A stretch of DNA of 64,000 nucleotides from the NCBI GenBank assembly GCA_963809425.1, contig CAWEJK010000009.1, forward strand, positions 319,982-383,981. Direction: 5' to 3'. A program made the translations under genes and the position numbers. The DNA is from Thermoanaerobaculia bacterium. Its GTDB lineage: Bacteria; Acidobacteriota; Thermoanaerobaculia; UBA5066. The notes under the pieces were generated by a model. The model saw only the letters and a program-made list of their open reading frames with translations. It did not search any database and was not told the origin of the DNA. Within the stretch, counting starts at the first letter, position 1, and each line of letters begins with the position of its first letter. This document shows positions 61,696-64,000 of this stretch, piece by piece.

Positions 61696-64000
61696 ATGAA
61701 GAAACTCTGCCTCGCTTTGCTTCTCGTCGTCCTGTGCTCCGGGGGAATGGCCCTGGCGCAAGCAGGCGGCAGCCTCACCGGAACGATCGAAGGCATCGTC
61801 AAGGTCGGTGACAACCCCGTCCCCGGCGCCCTCGTGACGATCGCTTCGCCCGCCCTCCAGGGCAAGCGCTCGATCGCGACGGGGACGAATGGCGACTACA
61901 TCTTCCGCCAGCTTCCTCCCGGCACGTACGCCGTCACGTTCGCCCTGACCGGCATGAAGACGGTCCAGCGCTCGGTTCCCGTCACCCTCGGCGGAACGTC
62001 GCGGCAGGACGCGACGCTCGATGTCTCCGCGGCCGCCGACCGTGACCGTCTCGGGCGCGAGCATCGCCGCCGAAGCAGGAGAAGGCCGCGGTTCACAGCT
62101 CGACCTTCAGCGGCGAGACGATTCAGAATCTCCCGGTCGCCCGCACCCTCGACGCGATCGCCTCGCTCGCGCCCGGGCTGACGACGAACACGCCGAACGC
62201 GACTCCGGCCAGCTCTCGATCTCCGGCGCGTTCGCCTACGACAACAAGTTCCTCCTGAACGGCGTCGACATCAACGACAACCTGTTCGGGACCGCGACGA
62301 ACCAGCTCGTGATCGAGGAAGCGGTCCAGGAAACGCAGGTCCTGACGTCGAACATCTCCGCGGAATACGGCGGGTTCTCGGGCGGCATCATCAACGCGAT
62401 CACGAAGAGCGGCGGCAACGTCTATTCCGGATCGGCGCGCGTCGATTTCGCGAACCCGAACTGGCAGGCGTACAACCCGAACGAGGCGAAGAACCAGGTC
62501 TCGCGTCCGTCGGACCTCTCCGAGGCGTACTCCGCCACGGTTGGCGGGAAGATCATCACCGACCGCCTCTGGTTCTTCCTGGCCGGCCGCTACATCAGCC
62601 AGACGGCGAGCACGCCACGTTGCCGCTCACGAGCGAGGCGGTGTCCACGCCGACGACGGAACCCCGCGCTCGAGGGCAAGCTGACCGGCAACATCAACGA
62701 GAGTCATACGCTGCAGTTCGACTACACCTGGTCGAACAACAAGGCGACGAACCTCCCCCCGTTCGACTTCACGGCCGAGAGCGGCGCCGACTTCGTGAGC
62801 GGGGAGCAACCGACGAACCTCTGGGTCGGCCTCGTACAACGGCGTCTTCACGCCGGCGCTCCTCGGGAGCCTCCGCTACTCCGAGAAGAAATTCCAGTTC
62901 AAGGGACAGGGCGGCACCGTGACCGATCTCGTGGCGGGCTCGCCCTTCCTGTCCGACGCCTCCGGAACGCAGGACTTCGTCCACTACCACGCGCCGTACT
63001 TCGACGCGACCGACCCGGAAGACCGCAACAATCGCGACATCGCGGGCAGCCTTTCGTACTACCTCTCCGCGGGAAGGCTCGGCAACCACGAGCTGAAGGT
63101 CGGGGTCGACATCTACACGTCGATCCACACGGGCGGCAACTCCCAGTCGCCCACGAACTTCGTCTTCTACACGGACTACAAGACGGACGCGGCGGGGAAC
63201 CCCGTCTTCGACGCGAATCACCACCTCATCCCGACGTTCGTTCCCGGCACCTCCCTTCTCCAGAATTGGATCGCATCGCGGGGCGCGGAGGCGGACCTGA
63301 AGACGAACGCGTTCTACGTCAACGACTCGATGCGCATCGACCGCTTCTCGTTCAACATCGGATTTCGCTACGAGACCGTGAAAGGCACCGGGCCCGGCGG
63401 CTCGACGATCACCGACACCCATGCGTTCGTCCCGCGGCTCGGAGCCGTGTGGGACGTCAAGGGGGACGGCCGCTACCAGGTCGGGGGCTCGTACGGTCAG
63501 TACGCCGGGAAGTACAACGACTCGCAGTTCAATCAGTCGACGGTCGTCGGGAACCCGAGCCTCATCTTCGGCGTGTACACCGGTCCCGCCGGTGAGGGCT
63601 ACGGCTTCGCGCCCGGCTTCGACAGCGCGAACTACGAGACCTTCTTCGCGAGCTTCCCGCTCGCGAACGTCTTCTTCGGCACGAACGTCTCGGCGCCGAT
63701 TACGACGGAATTCACGCTGAGCGCGGGCGGGAAGCTCACCCCGACGCTCACCGCCGCCATGACGTACGTCTGGCGCGACACGAAGAACTTCGTCGAGGAC
63801 TTCATCGACAACCCGACGGCCTCGGGCAAGACGGAGATCATCAACGACGGCGTCGACTACGGAACGTTCGACAACAAGTACATCCGCGAACTCGGACGTC
63901 CCGAAGCGTCGCTACCAGGCGCTGCTGTTCCAGACGGCCTTCTCCGGCATTCGGGACCTCCAGCTCCAGGCGAGCTACACGTACATGCTGAAGTTCGAAG
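61696..64000 (+). CDS. TonB-dependent receptor-like outer-membrane protein (carboxypeptidase-regulatory-like N-domain, plug, barrel), 3'-partial; at least five apparent frameshifts
   Basis: Signal peptide MKKLCLALLLVVLCSGGMALAQA. CarbopepD_reg-like motif GDYIFRQLPPGTYAVTF. Plug motifs (FSGETIQNLPVARTLDAIASLAPG, LSISGAFAYDNKFLLNGVDINDN) and barrel segments are spread over all three plus frames (shifts near 62040, 62205, 62610, 62830, 63900). Confidence 0.6.

Noticed and set aside
1-64000. Search for CRISPR arrays, tRNA/rRNA genes, IS elements, integrases and phage genes
   Set aside because: No direct-repeat/spacer periodicity, no cloverleaf-like conserved tRNA sequences, and no transposase, integrase or phage-structural signatures were found in any frame. 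The only repeats are the MITE/REP-like elements and polypurine tracts reported above.

Overview
High-GC (~68-70%) bacterial chromosomal window. Gene content (TonB-dependent receptors with carboxypeptidase-regulatory-like N-domains, TPR-tailed Ser/Thr kinase, secreted VWA proteins) suggests an Acidobacteria-like lineage; that lineage call is inference only. No rRNA, tRNA, CRISPR array, transposase or integrase was recognised.

The dominant feature is a minus-strand operon at about 1.6-11.6 kb. It encodes a complete candidate extracellular-electron-transfer (EET) conduit:
- a 10-heme OmcA/MtrC-like surface cytochrome
- a 10-heme MtrA/DmsE-like periplasmic cytochrome
- a 645-aa MtrB/PioB-like outer-membrane beta-barrel
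- a monoheme cytochrome
- an 11-heme cytochrome with a C-terminal membrane anchor, next to a dihaem cytochrome b (a Geobacter Cbc-like quinol module)
- a membrane-anchored NapC/ImcH-like multihaem cytochrome
- a class-1 dihydroorotate-dehydrogenase-like flavoprotein

Directly adjacent are two haem-biosynthesis clusters:
- hemX-hemA-hemC-hemD-hemB-[repeat]-hemL on the minus strand, with a kynureninase-like gene translationally coupled to hemL
- divergent hemE, then hemN-hemH-hemY on the plus strand

The remainder is housekeeping and envelope functions:
- rho, a DEAD-box helicase, nth, tdk
- a methylmalonyl-CoA-mutase catalytic-domain protein, an aldehyde dehydrogenase, a DegT-type aminotransferase
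- M1 and M11 metallopeptidases, a 5'-nucleotidase, an APC permease, a GT39-like glycosyltransferase
- two TonB-dependent receptors
- an STPK/FHA-wHTH signalling pair, and two paralogous secreted VWA proteins

Sequence-level curiosities:
- a ~210-bp palindromic repeat family (two copies) sharing a conserved 48-nt hairpin core
- a family of polypurine/polypyrimidine tracts carrying GATTTCTTAGAAGG-type and CATTCGCAGAATC-type motifs, found intergenically and as in-frame insertions in coding sequences
- a 17-nt motif TGCTAACCTCNCGCGCC abutting the start codons of hemE and hemN
- a ~100-bp decayed duplicate of the hemN 5' end

Nine apparent +/-1 frameshifts occur in 64 kb (the ABC permease, hemC, the APC permease, the GT39 start, rho, a TonB-dependent receptor and others), in GC-rich or short homopolymer runs. 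This points to indel errors in the assembly rather than pseudogenes, so CDS boundaries here are approximate.
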